A DNA stretch of 62,589 nucleotides, the filler included, from Choristocarpus tenellus KU-1152 (taxonomy: Eukaryota > Protista > Phaeophyceae): NCBI GenBank assembly GCA_964200185.2. It is 11 parts of 11 records of this genome, joined end to end, with 100 filler letters (N's around TTAATTAATTAA, not from the genome) between each part and the next. Parts side by side here need not be neighbours in the genome. Positions count along the whole stretch, not along the records: positions 36,449 to 42,622 come from CAXNAD020008763.1; positions 42,723 to 45,304 come from CAXNAD020026560.1; positions 45,405 to 49,889 come from CAXNAD020014337.1; positions 49,990 to 53,017 come from CAXNAD020022831.1; positions 53,118 to 56,899 come from CAXNAD020017957.1; 6 more parts are not named here. One strand, given 5' to 3'. The notes under the pieces are model-generated. The model did not search any database. It saw only the letters and a list, made by a program, of their open reading frames with translations, and had not been told where the DNA came from. This document shows, one piece after another, positions 39,901-53,374 of this stretch; positions within the stretch are counted from its first letter, which is position 1, and the number at the start of each line of letters is the position of its first letter. A program made the translations under genes and the position numbers.

Positions 39901-42581
39901 AGTATCATGTGTAGGTCACTCCCCCTTACACATCCGCTATACTCGTCTTTTGTCGGAAATAACGAAATATCGAAGTGTTGATTTCCGATTATGCTGTAAT
40001 AACGATATTTGATATCCCTACACAGTTATGACACAAAAAAATGGAGGTACATGTGTTTCGCGACAGGATCCACCAGTGAGTAGGGAAGAATTGATGGGCA
40101 ATGTCTATTCAACAGTTAATCCAGGCACCAGAAGGGCCATGGGTTACATGCTAGACAAGTTCATAGGTAGGGTCTGCGAAGAAAAGAAGCACATGCTACA
40201 TGGGATCATTCTTTTAACTCTGGGCAAGGTCATGATGCTCACGCTGTATGAGCTGATAAACTTGTGGTCCATGATCCGATCCGTGTGAAAAGAGCACACC
40301 TGTCATAAACAATGGGCCTTAGTGGTGGTTTCATAAACGCCATATCAGCTTGATGGCCTAGATTTTATTTAGTGTGCTTCTTGATCATTTATTTATGTAG
40401 TCAATGTCAGACCATTCTTTGCCCATGTCTGTCTTTTAATACCTCAATCGAATAATAAATCAAAGCGAGGGATTCAGCATATATTATGATCATTTTCATT
40501 AAGGCGCCGCCTCTGGGCCTCAAAACAAGAAGCACACTAAATAAAATCAAGAAGCAGAAAGCGTGAGTCTGGGCAAACCTGTGTTAGAGTATGGAAGGCA
40601 TCCAAGAGATGAGGGTTGCAAATGCAGCCACAAAACAAGAGCCAGGCAGAGTGCACCAGTATTAGTAGTGATAATGCAACAAGCCAGGTAGCATTCAATG
40701 TGGCATACCAGTATTCAAAGTCCGGGGTTGAACACATGGTGAGATACATGGTAGGATAAAGGCTCCATTTGAAATGCTCAACAATCCCTTGGTACCAGAG
40801 TTCTGGTTTTTGTAAAAAAAATCCTACATCCATGCCCTCAACATGCCACCAGTACCCCACAATAACAAACCAGTCTGATTAATGACTTTGCTTCACTAAA
40901 GAAGAAGAAGAGGAGAGAAGAAGCAGTTGTTAACAACGCAAGACCTTTGGCCAAGCTTCAGAGGTAGGCCTTCATAGGGTTAGGGTTTCACCTTGCTGAT
41001 CCTATATACGAAGGTCTTGGTGGAGGTAAGATCAGGCACTAGTTGCCAAGTAGGCTGTCGTTGTGCTATCTTGACTACGTGGAGCTTTCTTTGATAGCGA
41101 TGAATCATTTTCTGTTTGCTTAGGAAGGTGGGTAGCAGGTAAGCAGATCATTTTCCCAATGAGGTCGATGAAAATTTCTACGACTAGAATATTCTCATAA
41201 TTGTGTTGACACAATGATAGAGAAATCACTCCAAACTTAGCACTCCACCCATAGATATAATGAGGAATTGCAAGAGATTACAATACTGGTTTATAATAAA
41301 AACCGACCAAAAACTGGGTACCTCTCGTTTACTTTGGCTCTACTGTGTGGTACAGATAACTTATTAGATTGTGAAGGAAGAGCAGTGATCAGATTCGATT
41401 ATATTGATAGCAAGTACAAGACTTACGTATTTTGTATTAGTCCGAATTGAAGATATTGAACAGTAAAACTGAGAAAATCGACAGAGAGGGTAAAAAAGGT
41501 CCAATGCAGTAGGTAACGAGTCACTGGCCTACCACACTAGCATGCTACCCTGTGACTACAACGAGGGTTAATGTGCCATGCCCTGGGCCGGTAGCAACCC
41601 ACCCAAGTCAGCTATAGGGTAATTGGATGTTCCATTTGGTGGCATCCCCTGGGTTTTGGAGTAGAAGAGAAGGTCACCAATGTGAAATGTCCATTTCAAC
41701 CATGTTGCAGACCCATGTCCATCTACTTTTAATGAACAGGTGGAGCTCATTAGGGTGGACTGCTGGTGACCCAGGGTATGACACATTAGCCTTTGTGGTA
41801 GTGTGCTGATGGCATAGGGTAGTGGCACCTACATCTTCTGTAATTGATCTATATACTCTTATGTGAATTTTCTCGATCTCACTCTCTATTCCCTTCAAAT
41901 TTAATTCTTGCACAATGCTGGTGGTCTGCCTCCCCCGTCATTCTGCCACTGGAGGGATGGATGAACATCGATTTTTGTTTGTGGGTGGAAGGAAATACCT
42001 GTCCTCTATTGTTACATTAAGATGATTATATTTTTTGTTCTCTCTTTTATCTGGAACCAGGAACTGGTCCCTCAAGAGTTTACCCAATTCCAGCTTTGTT
42101 TCCCAATCACAAGAACAACCAACTAGACCCTACCTAGCCCCAACATGTGGTCAGAGACACTCCACTCTGCACTATTTTTCATAACATGTGTTGTTGCTAA
42201 CTCCACCACAACTCAGTCCTTTGTTTTTTTCTTCTGTGTTGGGTTCAGTCATCCTCTTGCTCTACCTTGCCACTACCTCGCATCTTGTGAGCAAAGTGGT
42301 AGTACTCTCCTAGCTGACTGCAGTGAGGGCCTTGCGAACAAGATTCAGGTTTTCTGCATTCTTTTTTGTTATTTAGCAATAAATCGGAGGATACAGGTTT
42401 ATACGTTCGCGTGATGATTGCCGCATGTTCCATCAACACTGGATTTTCTTGGAAGGAAATGTTGATGACTTGCAAACATCTGCATTTCAATGGATCTGTT
42501 TGCAGGACCAGTTACTCCTAAAGGCATTGATGTGTGGGGACTTTATAGACTCCTTCATGTATATATATATTCTCTTCGTTT

Positions 42582-42622
42582 GGCTCAAAGTATCTGGGAG
42601 GGGATGGCGGCTGTCCATTTGG
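42582..42622 (+). mobile_element. MITE family B left end at contig end
   Basis: GGCTCAAAGTATCTGGGAGGGGATGGCGGCTGTCCATTTGG. Confidence 0.85.
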
Positions 42623-42722
42623 NNNNNNNNNNNNNNNNNNNNNNNNNNNNNNNNNNNNNNNNNNNNTTAATTAATTAANNNNNNNNNNNNNNNNNNNNNN
42701 NNNNNNNNNNNNNNNNNNNNNN

Positions 42723-42807
42723 ACGATAGCCAAAATTACATCAAAATGGCAACATTGGATTTTGGTCCCAGCTGGACGTGGTTCTACCGTCTAAGATACT
42801 TTGGCTC
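42723..42807 (+). mobile_element. MITE family A right end at contig start
   Basis: ...CTACCGTCTAAGATACTTTGGCTC. Confidence 0.85.
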
Positions 42808-45139
42808 GGAACTATCCCGGGTGAGTTATCGAAGGGCCGGATGGTGGGAGCACAGTGGTTCTAGTCGACCCCCACATTGGTGAGTGATTTTGTTTTGTGG
42901 ATATACGCCAATGTAGTGAAATTTCAATATTGATGGTGTTAGGTAGGGAAGGTTTCACGTTCAAGTGCAACATCTTCAATATATATTGTAGGGTCTAGTT
43001 TCTGATGTCGCATGCTTCACTGCATAAACAGCTTACATTGGATATTCTTCTTTCCTTTCTTGGAGCAAGGTTGTTTTGGTTTTGGACGCAAGGAGGGCAT
43101 TACATGGTGTAATCCATATTTGTGTCTATGGGTAAGCACTTTGTATTTTATACTGAGAGTTATCTTTTCCTGAAGCAGTTTCTACTCGTCAATCTGAGCA
43201 TTGTAGCTATTGCTAGCACACATTGATAGTCCGATCTGTGTAGATCTGTGGTCAGAAAGATAGCACTGTATTGGATAGATGTACAAAAAAATCGAAAGTA
43301 CTCATCATAACCCTGAAGGTGACTTTCTGACACTAGGAGTAGTAACTAAACGATGTATTATAATCACACTAGACTGTATTTGCCTCCTTCTGTAGTTTGT
43401 ACACTATGATGAAATGGAAAAGGTGTTTTTGTTGAGAAGTTTTAGGGTTCAGGTTCTTCGAAAGGCAGCTACTGAGAAAATTGGTGTAATATTTTTTTTC
43501 TGTTGTTAAATAAATCTCTGGTCCACAGGCTGTTTGGCACTGGACTCCATGTCATAACTTGTTGCTGTTTCAGAGGCTAAATACCTTGTGCAATCAATAG
43601 CTACCCAATACACATTTTATTATCTAGTCGGAAAAGTATGTTATAGTTGATAATATTAGTATTAATAACAAGAAATCTTCGTCGCTGGAGACAAATCCAT
43701 CTGTTTGGTCATGGACGTTTGTTTTATGAATGGCAGGTAGGGACAACTGACCGTGAGCCCTTGGGATGTAGGTATGATGAGTTGATGTTGTACAATACTT
43801 TGAACCTGTGCCTTACGATTGGCAAGAAGTATTAAGACACCATAGACTAGATAGTGATGACCTGGTTGTCAACACTACAATATAGAGCCTTTTTCTGTTT
43901 GATGGTTTTATTTGAAGTTGGCATCCTGAAATATACTATTATTTGGATTTCATTGTTTGTGTCGAGGTCAACATTCGACGCACCTTGACTTGGACACGAG
44001 CTCGAAGGACGCGAGAAGTTGCAGAACACTCTCTTCTGTCCGCAGTCAACATTTGAGACGTCTAGTCCCTCTTCAAGGAAATTATTGTCTGATTTATCAA
44101 AAGAATGAAGTGATGGTGGATGTTTTTTTGTGGCCAAAGGAAGAGAGATTTGCTTCGTATCGTTTTTTTTTTATCTTTCCGATAATTGGAAAATAGATTC
44201 TTGGTATGTCCATTGTATTTTTTCTATTTTCAACTTCATACATTCATCAACCAACCCATGTGTCGAAAAGATGGATCGATGAGGTGGAAAAATCGTTCGC
44301 CGTTCCGATTTCACCTATCATGTTGTCAGTTGTTGATAACGTCGTAAACCAAGGTCTTGCTCACTGAATTTGTTTGTGGCTCTCTACTACAGTGATCAAA
44401 TTAGGTGGTTGGCTTAGTGGTCAAGCTCGCTTCTTGCGTCTGTGGGGAGTTTGGCTTGGTCAATGACCACAGAATCTAGATATTGGAACCCATATTTTTG
44501 GTGGTCATCGTCTCGTCAAGTCAAGTCTTCGTGACTAATTTGGTCTTTGAGACGTGCTAGTCATTGGTCGCTATTGTCATCCCTTTCTTTGATCCTTTAC
44601 TCCATCAACCTCAAACCATCAAACCCTTGGGTTTCTAACACACCCTCTGACCCTGTCGCATTCAGAAATGACCAACCACCTCATCCAATTTTGACTTGAC
44701 CGAAGAAGAGGCGAACTTACCATAATTCACTCCAAATTCATCTCAAACTGGTTGTTTTTTCTCACATGTGCCACTCGACATGGAGGTAACCAGAAACTAC
44801 CCATTTGCCAATTGCCAATTGCCGTACAGGTCTCCGAGGCGATGATGACGGGGGAAGAATACGAGAGCTAGTTCATCCTCTGGGCTTAACCTCCATGTCT
44901 CAGTCCAAAATGGACTTGGACAGTGTCTCTAAGGGCAGGAAACGGTCTTCAGAGAACAACCAACGGATGAAGACGTATCCAACCGACCCTGACCAATACG
45001 ATGGAAATGCCGTTTCCCCTGCGACAGTGAAGAGGTCGAGATATCTGGACGAGGAAGGGAGGGGTGAGCTCGATGTCGAGGGTAAGACCCTTCCAAATAG
45101 AGAATCTCACTCCTCCCAGAAATTCACCCGACGGAAGAA

Positions 45140-45304
45140 GACCCAAAGTATCTGGGAGGGGGGGGAGAAGCGCGGGGGGGGGGGGGGGGGGGCGCTGGGG
45201 GGGGGGGGGAAAGCCCCCCCAAAAGGCATGTCCCCCCCCCCCCAAAGCCGGCCACCGGGAAAGGAGGCCAAAGGCCGGGGGGGGGGGGGGGGGGGTCTAG
45301 ACCA
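45140..45304. mobile_element. MITE family B terminus followed by G/C-rich low-quality sequence
   Basis: GACCCAAAGTATCTGGGAGGGG at 45140. Confidence 0.6.
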
Positions 45305-45450
45305 NNNNNNNNNNNNNNNNNNNNNNNNNNNNNNNNNNNNNNNNNNNNTTAATTAATTAANNNNNNNNNNNNNNNNNNNNNNNNNNNNNNNNNNNNNNNN
45401 NNNNTGCTATATTTTTTCGGCAGTGGGAAGGAAAAAAGGGGGGAAGAAGG

Positions 45451-45485
45451 GACCCCCCCCCCCCCCTCCCCAGATACTTTGGGTC
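45451..45485 (+). mobile_element. MITE family B right end
   Basis: C-run then CAGATACTTTGGGTC. Confidence 0.75.
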
Positions 45486-46395
45486 AAAGCTTCCCATGCC
45501 ACATGTAGTTGTTCACTATTCCATTAGTGTACTAAGATACAACTACGAATTATTGGTGTATGACGGCACTACGAGACCCACCTCAAATTATAACTATTAT
45601 AACAACTATCGTCTGGCTGCCTGGTGGTATAATCCACTCCTGGGCCTACTGTTGCTGTTCACCTCCTGTATTCCCCATCCACTCCTTGTACGAACACCGA
45701 TTATAATGTACGCGCACACGCACACACACGCACACATCCTTTTTCCAGTTTTTTGTTAGTACTCCGAAGTGTATTCTTCTTGATATTCCCTATCTCATCC
45801 TCCAAATTCCTGTAGTCATATATCAAGGCTTCTCATCAGGTCAGGTGTGAAGGGGTCAGTTCGTGGCACAGACTAGTTCGAATGTTTCTGGCATGTCCAG
45901 ACCAAATCCACCAAGTATTGGAACCTGTCCGATACACGAACTGGATTCCAATTCAAATATTTTCTGAGATGTCCGAATCAGGGCCGTAAGAGATTTGGTT
46001 CGAACAGGGTAGCTGGCTGGCCTGTGGCCAAGTGTAAAAATGGATTATACAAGGCTGGGCCGGTCTGATCTCTGGTAACTTCACAATGACGGGAAGAAGA
46101 GCTGCTCTGAAAGATATACAGCAAACGCAACTATTCCCTCGGGTGTTTGGGAAATTTTATGAGGTATTTTACCCAAAGTACACGAGAGGTAGCAGAGGTT
46201 TTATGTGGGGGATGCTAACAAACGTGCGAAATCAGCTTTTTTTTCGAGTGCTTCTGATTTCTGTAGAGATTTTTCGAACAACAGAGAATTCAATACTCTC
46301 TAGTCAATTCTAACATTTCGTGCATAGAAGTGAGGATGAATTGCAAAAGATAAAAAAGGTGTGACTTAAAATGCAAAGTGGTCGAACCTGGGTAC

Positions 46396-47760
46396 GGGTC
46401 AAAGTATTTGGGGGGGGCTGCCGGCGTCCGTTTTTCACCCTTTTTACTATTTTTCCTTTTTGGTGTGATTTGGTCGCACGTGTCGGATTTGAAATATCAG
46501 CAAAAAAAAGAAGACTGTTGGTTAGGTTCCTTTCTGTCCTTGCGTACGCAAGAGGAATGGGAATAAATGCCACCATTTATTTGGGTTTGGTTAGGAGTTT
46601 CGACGTTTCCATGTGTCGGATTTCGAGTTTGTTCAAACTGGATTTCGAGTTTTTTCAAACTGGATTTTGGTTTATGTATATTGGTCGTGCAGTTACGATG
46701 AAGAATAAGAGATATGGGTTAGGTTGTTCCAGGGCTGGATATTGGTTTGTTTGGTTGCATGAGTGGGATTTGGTTAGCACATAAAGAGGGCTGTCGGTTA
46801 GGATGTATTTTCCCACTGTTAGGATCAGGAATTGAAAAAAAGACTAATGGGCTGTTGCGAGGTTGTTTTTTTCGTTTATTTGCTTGCATGAGTCGTGTCT
46901 GAGTGAAAGTATCTTAGAGGGTACGAGTTTTGCCCTGTTTGTCCATTTGGGGCTTGGCTTCCCATGGGCGTTTTATAACATTTTCCTTCTCCTAATTGTT
47001 TCAGAGTAGGTAAAATGTACATGTTATTAAAAAGTGTGTCCAGAACATCGATATTGACACTTCCTAACACACACAATAGCCAAAATAACATCAAAATTGC
47101 AACATTGGACTTTGGCCCCTAAATGGACGCGGCTCTACCCTCTAAGATACTTCGGCTCGTCTGGTATGTACACAAAGAGGACTGTCAGTTCGGGCCTGTT
47201 CTCCCGGTGTGTGCACGAAGAACCAAAACATATATCATATACAGTTTAAATGTAATACTTCGTTTATTTGCGTGCATGTGTCGGATTTAGTATGTAAACA
47301 GACGTGGTTGTCGCTGAGGGTGTTAGGGTTGAAGTTGTTGGTATGAAGGAAGGGAAAAGGGTCAGGTTTTGTTTTCGGGTTAGTGTATTATATCTCTCAT
47401 AAAATGTGTGGACGGAATCTGGAAGTGTATACGAATAGTTACTGGTCAAGGTCTATTGTCATACGTTTCTCTGAAAGTATTTCAAGGTACACTACCAGAG
47501 GTCCTGGGTTGGTGCTGTACTTAGGAGAATCGTGCGTGGACTTCGGTATATGATCCTCCAAGATTCGAAGGAGGACAAGATCGGTTCTAGTTTGTCGACA
47601 CTTGGACAAAGCATGAGATGGTGCATAGAGTATTGAGAAGAAGGGGGGAGGTGCGTTACAGTGTTCAAGGAATAAATACCGGCTTTGAGAAGGACACAGG
47701 GTATCCATCACAGGCCCTGGCGAATTGTTTGGAAAGGTTAGCTAAGAAGATGGAGAAGAA
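46396..47760 (-). mobile_element. End of a larger element with the MITE-type terminus, leading into a degenerate exon of the unidentified family
   Basis: GGGTCAAAGTATTTGGGGGGGG at 46396 followed by non-MITE sequence; 22-bp tandem repeat at about 46619-46670; minus-strand CDGYPVSFSKPVFIP and LSSFES (about 47560-47715) resemble NEGWLLPCSKPPFP and VSRFES at about 38010-38150. Confidence 0.4.
46901..47158 (+). mobile_element. MITE family A
   Basis: TIRs; exact 4-bp TSD GTCT. Confidence 0.92.
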
Positions 47761-47936
47761 CCTCTCGTTTACTATGACTGTTTAATCTGTTGGTGAATGA
47801 TACCACTTTCAGTAGATACCACAACGAAAATAAATATCACAAGTGGTTTTCCAGTATCTTGTTGACATTATTGTCGAAGTTGTTGTTGTTGACACGATTT
47901 CATTCCAAATATATACTAATACTAGTGTTTTTTCAA

Positions 47937-48111
47937 GGCTCAAAGTATCTGGGAGGGGGTGGTGGCTGTCAATTTGGGGGCGATTTTTTCATCTTGCGAT
48001 TTTTGGGTGATTCGGTTGCATACGTCGGATGGATAATGTAAGTGCACCTTTCCTGATTATGGGCCAAATGGACACCCTGGTGCAGACCCCCCCCCACAGA
48101 AACTTTGGGTC
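47937..48111 (+). mobile_element. MITE family B, complete copy (175 bp)
   Basis: GGCTCAAAGTATCTGGG...CAGAAACTTTGGGTC; exact 4-bp TSD TCAA. Confidence 0.92.
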
Positions 48112-49713
48112 TCAACCAGGAACAGGTGATATTACGGATCATGGGGGAGAAGAATCAGTGGAGGTGATGTGATATGGTGTGCTGAGTTAACTCAGCTAGC
48201 GGGATAATGGATTGACATCAGTCCTCAAGAATAAGGTTCTCAGAAGACAACAATAATTGTCCCTTTATCACACTACCATCTCAGAACGTCTTCGTACTAC
48301 GAGTATGTGAACTTAGTAGTGAGCATATATATTTTGTTTTTCTGACTTGATTGATCCGCTTTGTAAGGGTTGCTCCCTTCAGCCAGTTGTTATTCTCAAA
48401 CCAACTCTTCATCACCCACCACATAGGTATTATTGACTACAATCAATGAGCCACCCGGTCTCCATGCGCAAGCTACAAGTTGCTCGTTGTGTAGAGTACA
48501 GCAAAGGATAACCTGGTGTGGAATATAATTTGATCAAAATAGAGAGAAGAGTGCATGAATGGTGCTAAGCCTTGCAAAAACTTAATGGCAAATGGTAATT
48601 ACTCGACATCATTGCTATTTTGCTGTTGATGTCTTGTCAGTGTATAATCGATGCTACACAGAAAAAACACACACACAAGCACATGATTATATTCCTTGTG
48701 AGATGACCAAGTACCTGAAACCACACTACTACCTGAAATTACACCACAAGACTCCTACTCTACTACTCTTCTCAATAATGTGATCAGTAGTGGTACGAAA
48801 ATATATTGGGGAATCTCCCAAAGACGGCAATGATCAATGACACAAACTCTCGCGAATTTTTTTTTGTACGCACAAAGCACAGTCTAGTCCAGTAGTAGGA
48901 CAGTCAGTGATTTGTATCAATCATCACTCTTTCCCAAGTCATAGGGAGGATAGCAACAGCAACATGAAAACAAAACAGTAATCGATATAGGCATTTGAAC
49001 CATTACATTGCCATTTGATATGATAACAAGACTATCAATATGGTGATACAGTAATGATACTATCAACCCTCCCTAACATTACGTAATATGATGTGCAGGT
49101 TACATAGAGATATTGTATTTCGTACTTCAAAGGTATCATAATGTATATTCTGGCATTGTATATAATTACCGACTATTATTGTACTGTTATTATCAATAAT
49201 AGTTGCAATAGTTGTGTTGTGTAGAGACAATTTGTTATTCATTATACACTGCTATCATGCGTAGTACGATTTTGCCCAGTTATCCTACGACCATACTTCA
49301 AAAATAATATCGTGTGAAATTAGTATCTGTCTACTGCACATGACAGTAGTACAGCGTGCTGCTAGTTATTCTTGATTCTACTACCCCGAGCACGAACTGT
49401 CGCATAATAACGTAGTTAACTGCAAGGATCAGTTTGGTCCTAAGCATAACTGGAAGAAGAGCCTCTCTGAGAAGCAACTGGGTGACGCGAAGTATAAAAT
49501 ATCTCTCAGAAACAATTAATTTAAGCAAAGGCGTGACAGATAGTGGTACACGGAGTGTTGATGTGGATGTGTCTGCATGGTGCATTTGTTGCATGAATAA
49601 TACTTCGACGTATTGTATTATTCAAGTAGTGCACCATCAATCAATACTATATCACAATACTTGCCATATCATACAAATCCCTGGGTCAATGACTGGCACC
49701 CACACCACGAAAT

Positions 49714-49889
49714 GACCCAAATTATGCGGGAGGGGGGGGGGGGTCTACGATAGTGTGTCCATTTGAACCAAAATCAGGAAAAGCGCATTTACAGTATCCA
49801 TCCAACGTATGCAACCAATCCACCCAAAAATCGCGACATTAAAAATTTGCCCCCAAATGGACAGCCGCCACCCCCTCCCAAATACTTAG
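49714..49889 (-). mobile_element. MITE family B (reverse, nearly complete)
   Basis: Reverse complement of the 47937 copy; runs into gap. Confidence 0.85.
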
Positions 49890-50110
49890 NNNNNNNNNNN
49901 NNNNNNNNNNNNNNNNNNNNNNNNNNNNNNNNNTTAATTAATTAANNNNNNNNNNNNNNNNNNNNNNNNNNNNNNNNNNNNNNNNNNNNAAATGACGCAC
50001 AGCCCTGATATATGGTGCAAGTACCGGGCCGGGGTGCACTACTGATACCCTGAGTTGAGTGTCATCAGGAAGTATGCAGTCACAACACCTGAAAGTATTA
50101 CCACTTTCTT

Positions 50111-50369
50111 GAGTGAAAGTACCTTAGAGGGTACGAGTTTTGCCTTGTTTGTCCATTTGGGGCTTGGCTTCTCATGAGTTCTTTAGTGACATTTTCCTAC
50201 TCCAAAATGTTTAGGAGTAGGTAACGTGGGCATGTTAGGAAAAGGTGTGTCAGGAACATGGATATTGACACTTCCTAACAAAAGCGATAGCCAAAATTAT
50301 ATCATAATCGCAACATCCGACTTTAGCCCCCAAATGGACGCGGCTCTACCCTCTAAGATACTTTGGCTC
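50111..50369 (+). mobile_element. MITE family A
   Basis: TIRs; exact 4-bp TSD TCTT. Confidence 0.92.
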
Positions 50370-51990
50370 TCTTCCATCCAAACCCAGACACTTATCACCA
50401 CATGGAACAGTAGGGACAGCACTTCATCATTTGCAAGCCGTGCCAAACACTACTCCCATCTCCAATCTGCATAATGGACTAGGGTTGGGAGGGGAAACTC
50501 CTGCTGTAGTGCTAACGGTTTGCTTGAACTGCTTCATAAATATTACATATTGGAGCAGTTAGCCACACTGTGTACAATCAATTGGAATGCACAAGATGGA
50601 GATATGTTCTTCCCAATCCCACAAGATATCGCTGCTCAATCGTGGCAATTTTCTTTTCACCGGTACGTCTGCTATGGTTCCGGATAGTTAGATGCACAGT
50701 ACACAAAGTGAACAGGACATGAAAACTAAACCACCTCGACCTTCACCTGGAGCCACCTCTGGCTGTGCTCCTGAATTTCGCCATCACCAACCCAACCTCC
50801 CCAATCTTCCTTGGTACCTCTAAGAATGGCATATGTAAATCATCAGCTTAACCTCCAATACAACAGGAAGATTGTCCCAAAACCCACATCCCAAGCCTAA
50901 GTTGAAGGCCTCAATACGGAGGAGCCTGGTTCAGCTATCTTCTCTCCTCCTCCTCTGTCCACCTCGATCATGCTGATCCTTTAAGGAGGATGAAGGATAC
51001 CGGGTTGGGGGATAGGGGAAAGGAGACAGGGATGGAGCAGGAACGGAGTCCCATCTGCTCTTACATTGGTTACGTTGGGTAGAGGTAAGGCGAAGAGGGA
51101 TTGAGTTCTGGGTATTGATGATTGTGGATGCTAGCTAGAGAGGGAGATGAAAGGATCTATACGGAGAGAGGCGAAATGCACACAAAGCTTTGTTTTGGGA
51201 GGTATGGAGGAGATGTTATGAGGCCCTACACCCAGTACATATCACTGATCAAGCTGTCGCGTACTAAGTTTGCGCAGCATTCACCCCTTGTATTATAGGC
51301 GCCATTTGATACCAACAGGTGCGGGAGTTGAGAATAGAATCATCGCACAGACATCAACGTACCGTGGGTGTTCTGAAAGTGCGATTGGCAATGGAAGACT
51401 TGTAGTTACGCGGTTATCTCCGTTTTCAATACCCCAACCAAATCCATACCGGTCAATATTTTACGCCGGTCCGATTGCACGAGTAAACTCCGTCGGCACT
51501 TAGTCCACCATATGATGTTGAGTGACCCAAATCCTGGAGCTCAAGCCGATGGCTTTGTCGTTGTGGAAAGAGCACGCTGTTGCAAAATCGACCTCCACCC
51601 ATGTCAAAAGGGGTAGTAGCACTGTCATTGTGTTTCCCCTTATGGTCCTGACTTCAATGCTACCGTTGCCATGCACTCTACAACAACGCTCGTTCGGACG
51701 AGCAGGCCACACTGCGAACCTCGGGATCCTTCCCTTCTGCCCTACAGGGATGGGTGCGTCTTCTCTGACAGAGGTAGCGGATGGAATGTTGATCCTTGAG
51801 CACACATATGGCTGCAGACTGGGAAGGTTCCTGAACTTCACCACGCTGGATACCTTCGTGGGTGCAGAGCTGAGTGAGCTGATGCCTACTCCTGCCGTAC
51901 CATCGAAGTGGGTGGGTTACAGTAGCCACCCGCAGATGGCAGTTAATTCCAGCTCAAAGACACTGATTTGGAGCAAGAAAAAGGGGTTCT
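50370..51990 (-). pseudogene. Probable degenerate copy of the unidentified multicopy coding family
   Basis: Acceptor near 51990, long stop-interrupted frame; RVHGNGSIEVR resembles RMHGYGTHCIVR (contig 3); GVVFG shared with contig 6. Confidence 0.35.
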
Positions 51991-52339
51991 GTAAAAGGTC
52001 AGGTGCAAAGAGCAGTAGGAGTTGCCATAGGGATGGGGGGGGTTGAGCGAGATGTACCCATTGTTGATATGCGTGAAACATCTCCTAAAAGACTAATATC
52101 ACAGCCTCAGCCACACTGGGTCGGTAACTTCAACTCTGGAAAAATCCAACAGCTTGGTCACCCTCGAATAGGAGCAGGCGATGCGGTAAGGTTTCATGAG
52201 GTGCCATTCCCCTTCAACCTAGTAATTCTTTGTTCAATTTTTGAAAATCACACACGTAGTTTCCTCACGAATTCCGGATTATTGTTATTTTATTCTATGT
52301 TCGCATTCCATCCATTCCCCTCCTCCCCTTTGATCACCA

Positions 52340-52630
52340 CTTCTGACCAATCAGTGCAACCTTTTCGCCACTGATTTCCACTCACCCCTCCTCTCCTGCG
52401 ATGACCAACGAGTGCTAACCCCTTTCACCTCCGATTTCCAGTCACTGCCCACCTTTAATGACCAACAAGAGTGAACCCCCTTTGCCACTGATTTCCAGTC
52501 ACCCCCCACATCCGATGACCACCCAGTGCGACCTCTTCGCCACTAATTTTAAGCCACCACCCAGCTCTGATGAACAACTAGTGCGAACCCCTTCGCCACC
52601 AATTTTCAGTCACCAACCACATCCAACGAT
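52340..52630. repeat. Degenerate minisatellite, about 55-60-bp units, about five copies
   Basis: Recurrent CC(T)TTCGCCACTGATTTCCAGTCACC...GATGACCAAC.AGTGC. Confidence 0.8.
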
Positions 52631-52976
52631 ATACGTCTATCTAAGATGTCTTAAGAGTATGAACGACAAGAGAGTATATACTTTGAAGTATACACATTTT
52701 GAAATGGAAAGTACACGGGCATTGCAGACTCTCCCGCTTTTCCTGATCCAAATCATGATGATGAATACACAAATACACAAACACAAGGATTGACTTAGCG
52801 CACAGTCCACCGCATTATCATTCTCGTAAGCAAGCAGGTCTCCTAGCCAATATATTGATTCACAAAATTGCATACCTTCACAACACTGCTTCTAAGTTCC
52901 TAGAACCTTCCAAATATGAATAAAACAGTCTAACCGACAACATTGAACGTCATGACAAACCCCTCTCCACGTTGAA

Positions 52977-53017
52977 GCCTCAAAGCATCTGGGGGGGGGA
53001 GGGTGGTTTGTGAGGGG
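52977..53017. mobile_element. MITE family B terminus at contig end
   Basis: GCCTCAAAGCATCTGGGGGGGG. Confidence 0.7.
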
Positions 53018-53149
53018 NNNNNNNNNNNNNNNNNNNNNNNNNNNNNNNNNNNNNNNNNNNNTTAATTAATTAANNNNNNNNNNNNNNNNNNNNNNNNNNN
53101 NNNNNNNNNNNNNNNNNCCCACACGCCGCTCCTCCGCTCTCCTTTTTTT

Positions 53150-53206
53150 GGCCCAAAAAGACCCCCCGGTGTAGCCCCCCCCCCCCCCCCCCAGATACTT
53201 TAGGTC
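53150..53206 (+). mobile_element. MITE family B right end near contig start
   Basis: GGTGTAG-C-run-AGATACTTTAGGTC. Confidence 0.75.
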
Positions 53207-53374
53207 TTCAATATCTTGTTCTCTCGTGTAAGTTAACTTGCACTCTTCTTTGCATCTCCAGTAGGTTGGTAGGTACCGGCACAGGTTTGTCATGGTCGGT
53301 AACTACTACTGCAGGACCAACAAAAAAATATTTCGGGGGATAAGCTGTGGCAGTTGGAGGCACCACCGTCTCAC

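Noticed and set aside
52340-52630. CRISPR-like periodicity
   Set aside because: Whole units are degenerate copies with no unique spacers; eukaryotic context and no cas genes
52977-53206. MITE-B ends either side of a gap as a single element (also 45140-45485)
   Set aside because: Flanks do not form a TSD (TGAA/TTCA; AGAA/AAAG), so the contigs are not shown to be adjacent
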